The notes under the pieces are model-generated. The model ran no database searches, was not told where the DNA came from, and saw only the letters and a program-made list of their open reading frames with translations. This document shows, piece by piece, positions 19,705 through 28,411 of a DNA stretch of 64,000 nucleotides; positions within the stretch are counted from its first letter, which is position 1, and every line of letters begins with the position of its first letter. The position numbers and the translations under genes were made by a program. This stretch comes from an uncultured virus (IMG/VR IMGVR_UViG_3300047462_000385) (lineage: Duplodnaviria; Heunggongvirae; Uroviricota; Caudoviricetes): IMG/VR virus record IMGVR_UViG_3300047462_000385, positions 62,001 to 126,000 of that record. One strand, 5' to 3'.

Positions 19705-19733
19705 TTGACAATCATGTGCTGCCGACTTATCTT
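19705..19733 (+). promoter_or_regulatory. sigma70-type promoter
   Basis: TTGACA-17nt-TATCTT. Confidence 0.6.
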
Positions 19734-19788
19734 AGTGGGTGACATTCTCCGAGAAATCTGGGAATAAGACGATATATAAAGGCATCAC

Positions 19789-19865
19789 GCTCAGGTGACG
19801 GAATTGGCATACGTACTACTCTCAGAAAGTAGGTTTTATGGGTTCGACTCCCATCTTGAGCACCA
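19789..19865 (+). tRNA. tRNA-Leu(CAG), short variable loop
   Basis: CTACT-CTCAGAA-AGTAG; V-loop only GTTTT; A73, CCA. Confidence 0.9.
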
Positions 19866-19869
19866 AAAT

Positions 19870-19955
19870 GCTATCATGGCGGAACGGCAGACGCGGCAGG
19901 CTTAGAACCTGTTGGGAGTAATCCCGTGGGGGTTCAAGTCCCTCTGATAGCACCA
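19870..19955 (+). tRNA. tRNA-Leu(TAG)
   Basis: GCAGG-CTTAGAA-CCTGT; variable arm; CCA. Confidence 0.95.
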
Positions 19956-19960
19956 CTTAT

Positions 19961-20046
19961 GCTACTGTGGTGGAACGGCAGACACACAACGCTAAGAACG
20001 TTGCGCTCGTAAGGGCATGGGGGTTCAAGTCCCTCCAGTAGTACCA
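19961..20046 (+). tRNA. tRNA-Leu(AAG)
   Basis: CAACG-CTAAGAA-CGTTG; variable arm; A73, CCA. Confidence 0.9.
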
Positions 20047-20054
20047 GATTCTAA

Positions 20055-20544
20055 ATGAGTAAGAACAATCAAAAATATTCCAAAGAACTATTAGAGCCAA
20101 TTGTTAAAAAAGTGTTTCTCTTACTAGCAGGTAATGAGAGAGCTTGGTTTAAAGATAAGTGGTGGCAGCAGTTCTCATTTGAAATCCAGATTTAAACTTT
20201 ATAACATAGATACCTCACATTTTACAGGTTTAGCTACTAACCAAGGCAAACCTCATAAAGGTGGATTTCCAAAATTATCGGCTGAAACTATTCTTGTTTT
20301 TGATAGACTGGGCGGTCGCAGAGATCATGGTTGGAAAATAAAACGAGCACTAGTAGAGTCTGGCGTTCCAGAACAGTGTGAATGTGGTTTGAAATCAGAA
20401 TGGAACGGTAAGAAATTAGTTCTTCAAGTTGATCATAAAAATGGTAATGGGCTTGATAATCGCAGAGAAAATCTTAGATTCCTTTGCCCTAACTGTCATT
20501 CACAAACAGATAATTTTTGTTCTAAAAATATGAAGGCTAAATAA
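20055..20544 (+). pseudogene. HNH endonuclease with disrupted 5' end
   Basis: LQVDHKNGNGLDNRRENLRFLCPNCH; upstream MSKNNQKYSKELLEPIVK separated by a frameshift in A6 (20106-20111) and an in-frame TAG (20125-20127). Confidence 0.75.
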
Positions 20545-20733
20545 ATGTTATTCGGTGAAGAATGTGATTGTCATTGTCATGACGGCGACTTTGATGTTGC
20601 TCACATCATGCCTTGCTGCTATGAGTGCCCTACTTGTCACACAAATATTGATGTCGTGAATTATGAAACTCACGAGAAGAGATGTGGTGAAGAATATAAA
20701 GAATTACTCAGCAGCGTACTTGGAAAGAAGTGA
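20545..20733 (+). CDS. Small Cys/His-rich protein
   Basis: CDCHCH...HIMPCC..CPTC. Confidence 0.55.
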   Translation: MLFGEECDCHCHDGDFDVAHIMPCCYECPTCHTNIDVVNYETHEKRCGEEYKELLSSVLGKK

Positions 20734-21111
20734 ATTGATTTCATCCAAAGCAGCTTTCTTGGATTTCTTATCTTTACCGCCGACATCAATCTTTGGATAC
20801 TTAGCTTTTACTTTTCTTGCTACTAAAGCTTGAAGACCCTTCAAAGAACCTTTGTACCACTCTGGAACAGAGCTGTATTGATGAACACGAGACAAAGCAT
20901 TACGTGCTTGATCGGCATTATTAATTGGGAAATGGTCTTTCTTGTCCTTGGCTTGTTCAGCTGGAACACAAACGTTGCCTCTATTACGAACTTCAGCCTT
21001 AGGATCTAGCTTCTTTTTCTCTTTCTTTGCAGCAGTTTTCTGCAAAGACTCCGAAGATAGCTCATCAAATTGAGTGGCTAAAGTTAATAATTGCTCGATT
21101 GTGTAGGACAT
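20704..21111 (-). CDS. Basic hypothetical protein (DUF6582-like segment)
   Basis: HFPINNADQARNALSRVHQY motif. Confidence 0.65.
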   Translation of the reverse strand: MSYTIEQLLTLATQFDELSSESLQKTAAKKEKKKLDPKAEVRNRGNVCVPAEQAKDKKDHFPINNADQARNALSRVHQYSSVPEWYKGSLKGLQALVARKVKAKYPKIDVGGKDKKSKKAALDEINSLLSKYAAE

Positions 21112-21178
21112 TAAAAACCCCTTGAACTAGGATATATAGAAATATACTAATAATTAAGCAAGAATATTACCAGATTAT

Positions 21179-21255
21179 GGTGTCGTGAGGGAGCTGGTGA
21201 CCCCGGTTGGCTGTGAACCAATCTTCGACGGGATCGAAACCCGTACGACACCCCA
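21179..21255 (+). tRNA. tRNA-His(GTG)
   Basis: G-1:C73; GTTGG-CTGTGAA-CCAAT; atypical G8 and A54; CCA. Confidence 0.85.
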
Positions 21256-21266
21256 AGTAAGTTTAT

Positions 21267-21343
21267 GGTGTGCGTTTCCATTTGGTAATGGTCGGGTGTT
21301 GTGACCACTCGATAAGCGGGTTCGAATCCCGTCGCTCACCCCA
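21267..21343 (+). tRNA. tRNA-His(GTG), second divergent copy
   Basis: G-1:C73; GGGTG-TTGTGAC-CACTC; atypical D-arm; CCA. Confidence 0.8.
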
Positions 21344-21352
21344 GTAAGTTAT

Positions 21353-21427
21353 GCTCCGTTCATCTAGTGGCTAGGATACTTGGTTTTCACCCAGGAAAAA
21401 GGGGATCGATACCCCTACGGAGTACCA
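21353..21427 (+). tRNA. tRNA-Glu(TTC)
   Basis: CTTGG-TTTTCAC-CCAGG; CCA. Confidence 0.9.
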
Positions 21428-21429
21428 AC

Positions 21430-21504
21430 GGTCTGTTCGTCTAGCGGTTAGGACCCAGCCCTTTCAAGGCTGTCACACGAGTTCGATTCTCGTACAGATC
21501 ACCA
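21430..21504 (+). tRNA. tRNA-Glu(TTC)
   Basis: CAGCC-CTTTCAA-GGCTG; CCA. Confidence 0.95.
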
Positions 21505-21702
21505 ATGAAAAAAGTATTAATTTTGTTAGCAGTTGCTTTTGTTATCGGATGTGCTTATAAAGTAGACATGAGTTCGGTTCCTAAGGGTGCAAAATTCTGT
21601 GGAAATGATGGTGAGTGTTCTCGTGGTGAGTATTGTGGATTTTACGGAGTTGATTCTCCTGCGGTTTGCAAACCAAAGCCACAAGAAATTAGATGGCATT
21701 AA
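21505..21702 (+). CDS. Small Cys-rich lipoprotein
   Basis: Lipobox VIG-C; CGNDGECSRGEYC...C. Confidence 0.7.
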   Translation: MKKVLILLAVAFVIGCAYKVDMSSVPKGAKFCGNDGECSRGEYCGFYGVDSPAVCKPKPQEIRWH

Positions 21703-21733
21703 TCGGCTAATAAGCTGATATAATAGATACGAT

Positions 21734-21808
21734 GGTCCCTTCGTCTAGCGGCTAGGACGGCAGATTCTCAATCTGTTAACACGGGTTCGATTCCCGTAGG
21801 GATCACCA
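21734..21808 (+). tRNA. tRNA-Glu(CTC)
   Basis: GCAGA-TTCTCAA-TCTGT; CCA. Confidence 0.95.
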
Positions 21809-21828
21809 AGAAACTTTGGTTTCTTTAT

Positions 21829-21905
21829 GTGCTCATAGCTCAACTGGACAGAGCGATCGGCTTCTACCCGATAGGTTGAGGGTTCAAATCCTTCTGGGCA
21901 TGCCA
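21829..21905 (+). tRNA. tRNA-Arg(TCT)
   Basis: ATCGG-CTTCTAC-CCGAT; CCA. Confidence 0.95.
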
Positions 21906-21922
21906 AGTAAGTTTTGTTTTAT

Positions 21923-21997
21923 GTCTCTGTAGTCTAATGGAAAGGCAGCTGCCTTCTAAGCAGTTTTATGTTGGTTCGAGTCCAATCAGAGATACCA
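21923..21997 (+). tRNA. tRNA-Arg(TCT)
   Basis: GCTGC-CTTCTAA-GCAGT; CCA. Confidence 0.9.
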
Positions 21998-22000
21998 AAT

Positions 22001-22086
22001 ACGCCCGTCGTAGCGGATCTACGTAAGAGTCTACGTAAGAGTCTACGAAACTCTTTATCTCGGTTCAACTCCGAGCGGGCGTGCCA
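22001..22086 (+). tRNA. tRNA-Arg(ACG)-like gene with internal 12-nt tandem duplication (possible pseudo-tRNA)
   Basis: ACGCCCG/CGGGCGT acceptor; AAGAGT-CTACGAA-ACTCTT; T-arm; TCTACGTAAGAG x2.5 at 22018-22047. Confidence 0.75.
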
Positions 22087-22127
22087 GAATTTGATACGAA
22101 ATGTATCAATAGTTTCGTATCCTTTGT

Positions 22128-22565
22128 ATGAAGATTTGTACGAAGTGTAAAACAGATTATCCTACCCCATTAGAAGATCATTTCAATAAAAGAGCTGGCT
22201 CGAAAGACGGACTTCAGCATCGTTGCAAGAAATGTATAGCTGTTCTTCACAAAGAACATTACGAGTTACGTACAGATTATTACCTTGCGAAAGCAAAGAA
22301 ACGCAATTATAAAATTAGAGTAAGTAATTTGCAGTTCATGATTGATTACTTGAAAGAAAATCCATGTATTGATTGTGGAGAAACAGATCCGATAGTTTTA
22401 GAATTTGACCATCGTAGCGACAAGACTTATAATGTGAGCGAGATGCGAACGCTCAGCTTGGAGACAATAAAACAAGAAATTCAAAAATGTGACGTAAGGT
22501 GTGCCAACTGTCACAAAAAGAAAACAGCAAAGCAATTCAACTACTATAAAGGCATACGTTTGTAA
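22128..22565 (+). CDS. HNH-type endonuclease
   Basis: CTKC...CKKC...CIDCGETDPIVLEFDH...CANCH. Confidence 0.85.
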   Translation: MKICTKCKTDYPTPLEDHFNKRAGSKDGLQHRCKKCIAVLHKEHYELRTDYYLAKAKKRNYKIRVSNLQFMIDYLKENPCIDCGETDPIVLEFDHRSDKTYNVSEMRTLSLETIKQEIQKCDVRCANCHKKKTAKQFNYYKGIRL

Positions 22566-22569
22566 TTAT

Positions 22570-22648
<79 letters not shown>

Positions 22649-22812
22649 GGGCAGTCGTCGCTGTCATGCCGTTTCTTTTAAGGAAAGACGGGGCATGGAT
22701 CCCATTCGCAAGATGAGCGAATGAAGCATTTACATGCAGGAACCAGATATTCGGAATTTCATCATCGAGAAACGTTCGAGTCAAAGACCGCTCTTATTTT
22801 GAGATTGATCCC
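22649..22812 (+). ncRNA. Candidate structured non-coding RNA between tRNA genes
   Basis: Closing stem GGGCAGTC/GATTGATCCC; internal hairpins 22665-22697, 22703-22723, 22726-22737; no credible ORF. Confidence 0.35.
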
Positions 22813-22830
22813 TTGACATAAGAGATGTAT

Positions 22831-22905
22831 GTCCCTATAGTGAAAAGGATATCACGATCGTCTTCGAAACGATCAGTACAGGTTCGATTCCTGTTGGGGA
22901 TACCA
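22831..22905 (+). tRNA. tRNA-Arg(TCG)
   Basis: ATCGT-CTTCGAA-ACGAT; CCA. Confidence 0.92.
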
Positions 22906-22907
22906 GA

Positions 22908-22933
22908 AGCTCCGAAAGGAGCTATTTTTATTT
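22908..22933 (+). terminator. Rho-independent terminator ending the tRNA array
   Basis: AGCTCC-GAAA-GGAGCT then ATTTTTATTT. Confidence 0.85.
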
Positions 22934-22944
22934 GTGGATTATAA

Positions 22945-23391
22945 ATGGATCGAGAATATCAAAAAGCTAAAAAGATAGATCGTTCTAATTGGAAATCTGG
23001 TCCATGGGATAATGAACCAGACTATGCTGAATGGACTACTGCTGTCGGATACCCTGCATGGTGTTCTCGTTTAAAAAGTGGAGCATGGTTTGGCGTTATA
23101 GAGGCTCCCTTACCTATTAAAGATTGTATCGGATTTTTTGGTCATGCCATGCGAGATAAATCAGATTTATTTGAGCATGATTTTGGAATGATTTGCCCGA
23201 CTGATCAAGAAGGTATTGGTGGATACACTACCAGCATGGAACACTGGGAAAGTCCAGGACTACCTACCAAAACTTCGTATCGAGGACCATACAAAACTTT
23301 AGAAGATTTAAAATCTATTTGTGAAGTCATTGCTAAGAACATTTCCGAAACACATCGTGAAGGTACGTACGTAAATTACTTTAATCTATAA
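22945..23391 (+). CDS. Hypothetical protein
   Basis: 148 aa ORF, GPWDNEPD motif. Confidence 0.7.
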   Translation: MDREYQKAKKIDRSNWKSGPWDNEPDYAEWTTAVGYPAWCSRLKSGAWFGVIEAPLPIKDCIGFFGHAMRDKSDLFEHDFGMICPTDQEGIGGYTTSMEHWESPGLPTKTSYRGPYKTLEDLKSICEVIAKNISETHREGTYVNYFNL

Positions 23392-23397
23392 AAAGAC

Positions 23398-24600
23398 ATG
23401 AAACTATTTGAAGATTTAGAGGCGCGTGGGCTGGTGAAACAGGCAACCAACACGGAAAAGATCCGTGAACTTCTCAATGAAAAGAAAGTTACTTTTTACA
23501 TTGGATTTGATCCCACTGCAAACAGTTTGCATGTAGGGCACTTATTACAGATGATTACTGCTAAACGCTTGGCGAATGCTGGTCACATACCAATCATGTT
23601 AATTGGTGGGGCTACCGCACAGATTGGTGATCCGAGTGGAAAGAGTAGCATGCGCCCCATGTTAGAAGAACATGTGGTAGAAGCGAACATCAAAAGCATT
23701 ACTCCGCAGATTAAAAAGATTGTGGGCGTAGATGACTGGCAGATCATCAACAACAAAAGATTCTTCCAGCACTTTACTTTCCTGAGCTTCATTCGAGAGT
23801 TTGGTCCGTTATTCTCAGTAAACAACATGCTGCGAGCCGATTGCTTCAAAAGCAGATTGGAGACTGGACTTTCATTTTTAGAATTCAATTACATGCTCAT
23901 GCAGGCGGTTGACTTCTTCCGTCTATTCGTTTGGAGAGATTGTATCCTTCAAATCGGTGGCGATGATCAGTGGTCCAACATTTTGGCTGGTATTGACTTG
24001 ATTCATAAAAAAGAAGGCAAGGAATCTTTCGGACTGACAATCCCCTTGCTAACTACTTCGGATGGAACCAAGATGGGGAAAACCGAAAAGGGAGCAGTGT
24101 GGCTATCGGAAGAAGGGCAGACGAGCATCTTCGACTTTTTTCAGTTCTGGCGTAACATTCCAGACGCAGAGGTTATGAAGTGCTTTAAGCAGCTGACCTT
24201 CTTGTCGCTGCAGGAAATTGCTACGATACCCTTTACTACTGTAGAGGAAATCAATGCGGCAAAGAAAAGATTGGCTTGCGAATTAACTACCATCGTACAT
24301 GGTAAAGATGCAACCGATATCACGCTTGAGGTGGTAGAGTCTCTCTTTGAAAAGAAAGATCCGTCTATCATGGAAGCCGCGCCTATCGATGACAATACTA
24401 ATGTTTTAGACTTGATTGTTAAATGTGAATTTGCTAAGTCTCGTACTGATGCAAGAAATCTAATTAACAATAAAGGTATTACTATTAATACTCAAGTTTT
24501 AGATAATCCAACACTTATTATTTCTAAATCACAATTTGGCAAAGAGATTATAGTGAAAAAGGGTAAAAAGAGTTTTAAGAGATTTATGATTGAGGAATAA
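23398..24600 (+). CDS. tyrS: Tyrosyl-tRNA synthetase
   Basis: YIGFDPTA.SLHVGH, IGDPSGK, EFNY..MQAVD, QIGGDDQW.NI, KMGKT, S4-like tail. Confidence 0.97.
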   Translation: MKLFEDLEARGLVKQATNTEKIRELLNEKKVTFYIGFDPTANSLHVGHLLQMITAKRLANAGHIPIMLIGGATAQIGDPSGKSSMRPMLEEHVVEANIKSITPQIKKIVGVDDWQIINNKRFFQHFTFLSFIREFGPLFSVNNMLRADCFKSRLETGLSFLEFNYMLMQAVDFFRLFVWRDCILQIGGDDQWSNILAGIDLIHKKEGKESFGLTIPLLTTSDGTKMGKTEKGAVWLSEEGQTSIFDFFQFWRNIPDAEVMKCFKQLTFLSLQEIATIPFTTVEEINAAKKRLACELTTIVHGKDATDITLEVVESLFEKKDPSIMEAAPIDDNTNVLDLIVKCEFAKSRTDARNLINNKGITINTQVLDNPTLIISKSQFGKEIIVKKGKKSFKRFMIEE

Positions 24601-24910
24601 TATGTCAAGACCAGAATTTGTTACAGAAGAAGACATTGCTCGTTGGCAAGATGTTTTAGATAACGATGATCGCTTGCCCAAGCCATTACTTGCCTCAGCC
24701 ATTATAAAAGAAGTTTGTTTTGCTGGGCTATGGCTAGCGGAAGAGCTAGAAAATTCAAATTGTCCCGAAGACATAATTGTAAGAATTCAGTTTACTCATG
24801 GGCGACTTTCTTTCGGGCGCGATCCATGGAAAGCGGCGCAAACACTTTTGGATGGTTATAGAAAAGGTGAGTTGAGCTTTGAGTCTGATGAGGATGAGAA
24901 GCTGAATTAA
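24590..24910 (+). CDS. Hypothetical protein
   Basis: ORF; likely start MSRPEF after GAGG. Confidence 0.6.
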   Translation: MRNNMSRPEFVTEEDIARWQDVLDNDDRLPKPLLASAIIKEVCFAGLWLAEELENSNCPEDIIVRIQFTHGRLSFGRDPWKAAQTLLDGYRKGELSFESDEDEKLN

Positions 24911-25021
24911 GTTTCTGAAAATTTCCAGCTCCTACCGTATTTTAGTTTTTTTAGAGCGGTTGACACATGCGGCTAACGTGAGCAAATTGGTAAGTACATT
25001 CCACTAATTGGAGAAAACATA

Positions 25022-26164
25022 ATGCCGACACCAGCCCCGCAACAAATGACTACTTCAGATTTTAATCTGGAAAAATTAAATACTAAAGACTTGGCATCTC
25101 ATATTAAAGCTGCCATTGATGTAGGTAGTAACATCGCAATCTTCGGTCGAAGAGGAACTGGTAAAACTGAAATCTCTAAACAAGAGATTAAGAAAGCAGG
25201 ACTGCACGAAGTCTATATTAACTTGTCCGTTTTGGAAAGAGTAGACTTAGGTGGTTATCCAGATATCATGGGCAAGGTTATTTCTGAAGAAGATAATCGC
25301 AAAAGATTCGTCGATTTCTTGCTCCCTCATTTCTACAAGCCAATGTTCGATGGTGATGTAGATGTAGTTGCTCTGTTAGACGAAGTGGACAAGGCTGACC
25401 CAAGCCTATGGGCACCTTTGCTAGAGTTCACTCAATTCAAGTCCATCAACGGTCGTAAGCTTCCTAAGCTGAGAGCAAGTATCTTGACTGGTAACTTGAT
25501 CTCTGAAGGTGGCTCTCGTCCCAGCTTACCCCTATTAGATAGAGCAGAAAAATATTTGGTTGAAGCCGATGCAACCTCTTGGTTGGATTGGGCTGGTAAG
25601 TCAAATCATATTCACCCATCTGTTACTGCTTACATCAACGACCATCCTAAGGATTTGTTCGGTGCAGTAGATCCAGAAGATCGTTATGCCGATCCTTCTC
25701 CTCGTGGTTGGCAGAGAGCTTCCCAGCTTTTGTATGCTGGTGAGAAGCTTGGTTGGACCACCACCATGTTGAACAAGAAGGTTTGTGGTTGCGTTGGTAA
25801 AGATGCTGGTCTCAAGTACTCTAACTACTATGAATACTACCAAGAACTTCTTCCTATGATCGAAGCCATTTATCATGGCAAGGATGTTTCATCCAAGTAC
25901 AATGTGATGGAACCAGGCAAGCAATTAGTTGCTTGTATGATTACTTGCGCCCGTTTGGCAACTCACCTAGATGGTGCCAACGAGAACGAGCCGCCGCCAG
26001 CAGTTAGACACGTAGGTCGTTTCTTGCAAAAGGCTTCGTATGAAAACGTATTGGTGGCTGTTAGAAGCCAAATTCAAATCGATCGCTTGGTCAAGTTCAA
26101 TCTTGATGAGCACCCAGAATGGGAGCAGGTTCTTAATAGGATCAATAAGTCAGTAGATGAATGA
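25022..26164 (+). CDS. MoxR-type AAA+ ATPase
   Basis: GRRGTGKT Walker A, LLDEVDK Walker B, TGN, PSPRGW. Confidence 0.9.
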   Translation: MPTPAPQQMTTSDFNLEKLNTKDLASHIKAAIDVGSNIAIFGRRGTGKTEISKQEIKKAGLHEVYINLSVLERVDLGGYPDIMGKVISEEDNRKRFVDFLLPHFYKPMFDGDVDVVALLDEVDKADPSLWAPLLEFTQFKSINGRKLPKLRASILTGNLISEGGSRPSLPLLDRAEKYLVEADATSWLDWAGKSNHIHPSVTAYINDHPKDLFGAVDPEDRYADPSPRGWQRASQLLYAGEKLGWTTTMLNKKVCGCVGKDAGLKYSNYYEYYQELLPMIEAIYHGKDVSSKYNVMEPGKQLVACMITCARLATHLDGANENEPPPAVRHVGRFLQKASYENVLVAVRSQIQIDRLVKFNLDEHPEWEQVLNRINKSVDE

Positions 26165-26206
26165 AAATACCTATTCCTCTTTAGATATATAGGTATTGGA
26201 GATATA

Positions 26207-27970
26207 ATGAAATTTTCCAGAATCATAGGCAAAGTTGATCCAAAGTTAGTACAACAGGCAGAAGACAAACTATCACAAGTTTTCCTTGAGCTTGGTACTA
26301 GATACAATAACGAGCATGTAGGTACTGGTATGGGTGGTGACCCGCTCATCTTCAGCCTGATGTATCCAGTAGAGCATGTATGTACTATGAACATGCCTAC
26401 TGCCGCAACTGATGGCAAGCGATACTACTGGAATCCAAAATTCGTTATTAAACAATCTAGAATTGGTTTGCGTATTGTTTGTGGTCACGAAGCGTGGCAC
26501 GCCATCTATATGCATCCACAAAGAAGAGGATCTAGAATTCCTAAGCTGTGGAACATCGCTGTTGACTTCATCGTCAATGGAACCGTGATGGACGATTTCA
26601 AAGCCAGAAAAATGGATCCAAAGGAAATGTTCACCAAGCATCTTGGCAAGTACATGACCTTGCAACAATATGCTGACATGTTCAAAGATCCTTTCTCCAA
26701 AATCAAAGGGTTCGAAGAACTAGAGCCAATGGGTCAAAGTGGGTCCTCAGACGTTGCACTTCCTGCACCTAACGAAGATAGAGAGTTAACTCCTAAAGAG
26801 TTAAAGGAATTGGAGCGTCGCGAGAAGAGTGTTAAATTCTTTTATGCCGATCCAGATCTATCTGATGATATGAAGCGACCCGAAGCTATTTACGATTACT
26901 TGTATAGCCTTCTCCCAAAGTGTCCAAAGTGTGGGCGTGTTGGTATTTATCAAATGCCAAACAAGAAAAAGGGTAAAGACAAGAATAAGGGCAAGGGCGA
27001 TAAGTCCGAAGACCAAGATAAGCAAGAGGGTCAAGACCAACAGCCGGGTCAAGATGGTGACAAAGACCAATCGCATGATCATGGAGACGGTCAGCCATGT
27101 AATTGCCCATCACACCAACATGGAGACGGTCAAGGTCAGCCGAGTGATGGTGATGCCCAAGGTCAGGGTCAAGGACAAGGCGGACAGGGACAGAACGATC
27201 CAAATGGTCAAGGACAAGGTAGTGGTGATTGTGACCACGGATGCGATGAGTGTGGTGGCGGCTTCGATGTTTTCGGATTTGGAAGCACACTAGACGATCA
27301 TATGGACACTGAAGAGTCCGAAGAGAAGCTTGCCAAAAGAATCTCTGATGCTATGGAATCTGCCAAGAAGATGGCTGGTTATGTACCAGCTGCCTTGGAA
27401 GACGAGCTTGGTAAATTAACGGCGCCAAAGGTGACCTGGCAGGATATTATCCGCACCAGATTGCTTAAGGCTAGAGCTGGTAACGGTCGTAACGACTGGA
27501 CCCGTTTCAGAAGCCGCCCAATGTTCACGGGCTTGTTAGTGCCTAAGAGAAAGAACTACTACGCTCACTTTGGCTGTTTGCTGGACACCAGCGGCTCTAT
27601 GAGCAAGGATGACATGGCTTTTGGTCTGTCCCAGCTTGCCTCCCTAGACGAGCGTTCTGAGGGCACTATCGTGCCAGCAGATGCCGATATCTATTGGGAC
27701 AAGGCAACCAAGGTCAAGAAAGCCAACTTTGAGGAACTATCTAAGGTTAAAATCTTTGGGCGTGGTGGAACCAAGTATGCAGCCTTCTTTGATGACTACG
27801 AGAAAAACATTGGTACTTGTGACTTCCTAATTGTCATTACTGACGGATTCTTGCTAGATACTGACCTTGCCGAGATGAAGCATCCTGGCAAAGACGTTAT
27901 CTGGTTGATTACCAGCGGCAGTTCTTTCAAGCCTCCATTCGGCAGAGCTTTTGATCTTCGTTCGAGTTAA
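26207..27970 (+). CDS. Metallopeptidase-like + VWA-domain protein (DUF2201-type)
   Basis: TAATDG, HEAWH, WNIAVD; Q/G/D-rich linker; MIDAS DTSGS...GGT...TDG. Confidence 0.88.
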   Translation: MKFSRIIGKVDPKLVQQAEDKLSQVFLELGTRYNNEHVGTGMGGDPLIFSLMYPVEHVCTMNMPTAATDGKRYYWNPKFVIKQSRIGLRIVCGHEAWHAIYMHPQRRGSRIPKLWNIAVDFIVNGTVMDDFKARKMDPKEMFTKHLGKYMTLQQYADMFKDPFSKIKGFEELEPMGQSGSSDVALPAPNEDRELTPKELKELERREKSVKFFYADPDLSDDMKRPEAIYDYLYSLLPKCPKCGRVGIYQMPNKKKGKDKNKGKGDKSEDQDKQEGQDQQPGQDGDKDQSHDHGDGQPCNCPSHQHGDGQGQPSDGDAQGQGQGQGGQGQNDPNGQGQGSGDCDHGCDECGGGFDVFGFGSTLDDHMDTEESEEKLAKRISDAMESAKKMAGYVPAALEDELGKLTAPKVTWQDIIRTRLLKARAGNGRNDWTRFRSRPMFTGLLVPKRKNYYAHFGCLLDTSGSMSKDDMAFGLSQLASLDERSEGTIVPADADIYWDKATKVKKANFEELSKVKIFGRGGTKYAAFFDDYEKNIGTCDFLIVITDGFLLDTDLAEMKHPGKDVIWLITSGSSFKPPFGRAFDLRSS

Positions 27971-27972
27971 TC

Positions 27973-28350
27973 ATGAGACGCGTAGATAAACCATGGGGAT
28001 ATGAGCTTATTTGGGCAGAAACTAAAGATTATGTGGGGAAAGTTCTGCACATCAATCAAGGTCATAAATTATCTCGCCAATATCATAATATCAAGGAAGA
28101 AACTTTCTTAGTACAAAGTGGTGAAATGGATCTAGAAATTGGTCCAGATGATCAAAGAACTGTTCTTCATATGAAGGCGGGCGATTCTTTTCATTGCCCA
28201 CCAAATACTATTCATCGTATGGTTGCTGCAACTGATGTTGATGTAGTAGAGGTTTCTACTCCACATTTGGATGATGTGGTCAGACTAGACGATGATTATG
28301 GGCGCCAAAATGCCCCGGATCACATAATTCTAAAATTTGACCTCCCTTGA
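27973..28350 (+). CDS. Cupin protein (mannose-6-P isomerase C-terminal-like)
   Basis: KPWG, SRQYH..K.E, IHR, EVST, DVVRL.DDYGR. Confidence 0.85.
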   Translation: MRRVDKPWGYELIWAETKDYVGKVLHINQGHKLSRQYHNIKEETFLVQSGEMDLEIGPDDQRTVLHMKAGDSFHCPPNTIHRMVAATDVDVVEVSTPHLDDVVRLDDDYGRQNAPDHIILKFDLP

Positions 28351-28411
28351 CGCCCTAATTTTCCGACTTATGTTGTAGCCTGTAACCGACTACTAACGCG
28401 GCATTCTGTGT

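Noticed and set aside
20125..20127. Active TAG recoding suggested by an in-frame TAG in an HNH gene
   Set aside because: Single case in a gene that also has a frameshift; all long genes are intact under the standard code and there is no suppressor tRNA in the window
22649..22830. Resemblance to RNase P RNA (GGGCAGTCG start, AGGAAAG, ACATAA near the end)
   Set aside because: The conserved GAGGAAAGUCC and ACAGAA..CGGCUUA P4 strands are not present and the region is too short; kept only as an unassigned ncRNA candidate
22813..22841. TTGACA-17nt-TATAGT promoter match
   Set aside because: The -10 box lies inside tRNA-Arg(TCG), so it could not transcribe that tRNA, and a terminator follows; probably coincidental
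26990..27260. GGTCAA/GGACAA repeats as a DNA repeat element
   Set aside because: They encode the Gly/Gln/Asp low-complexity linker of the VWA protein
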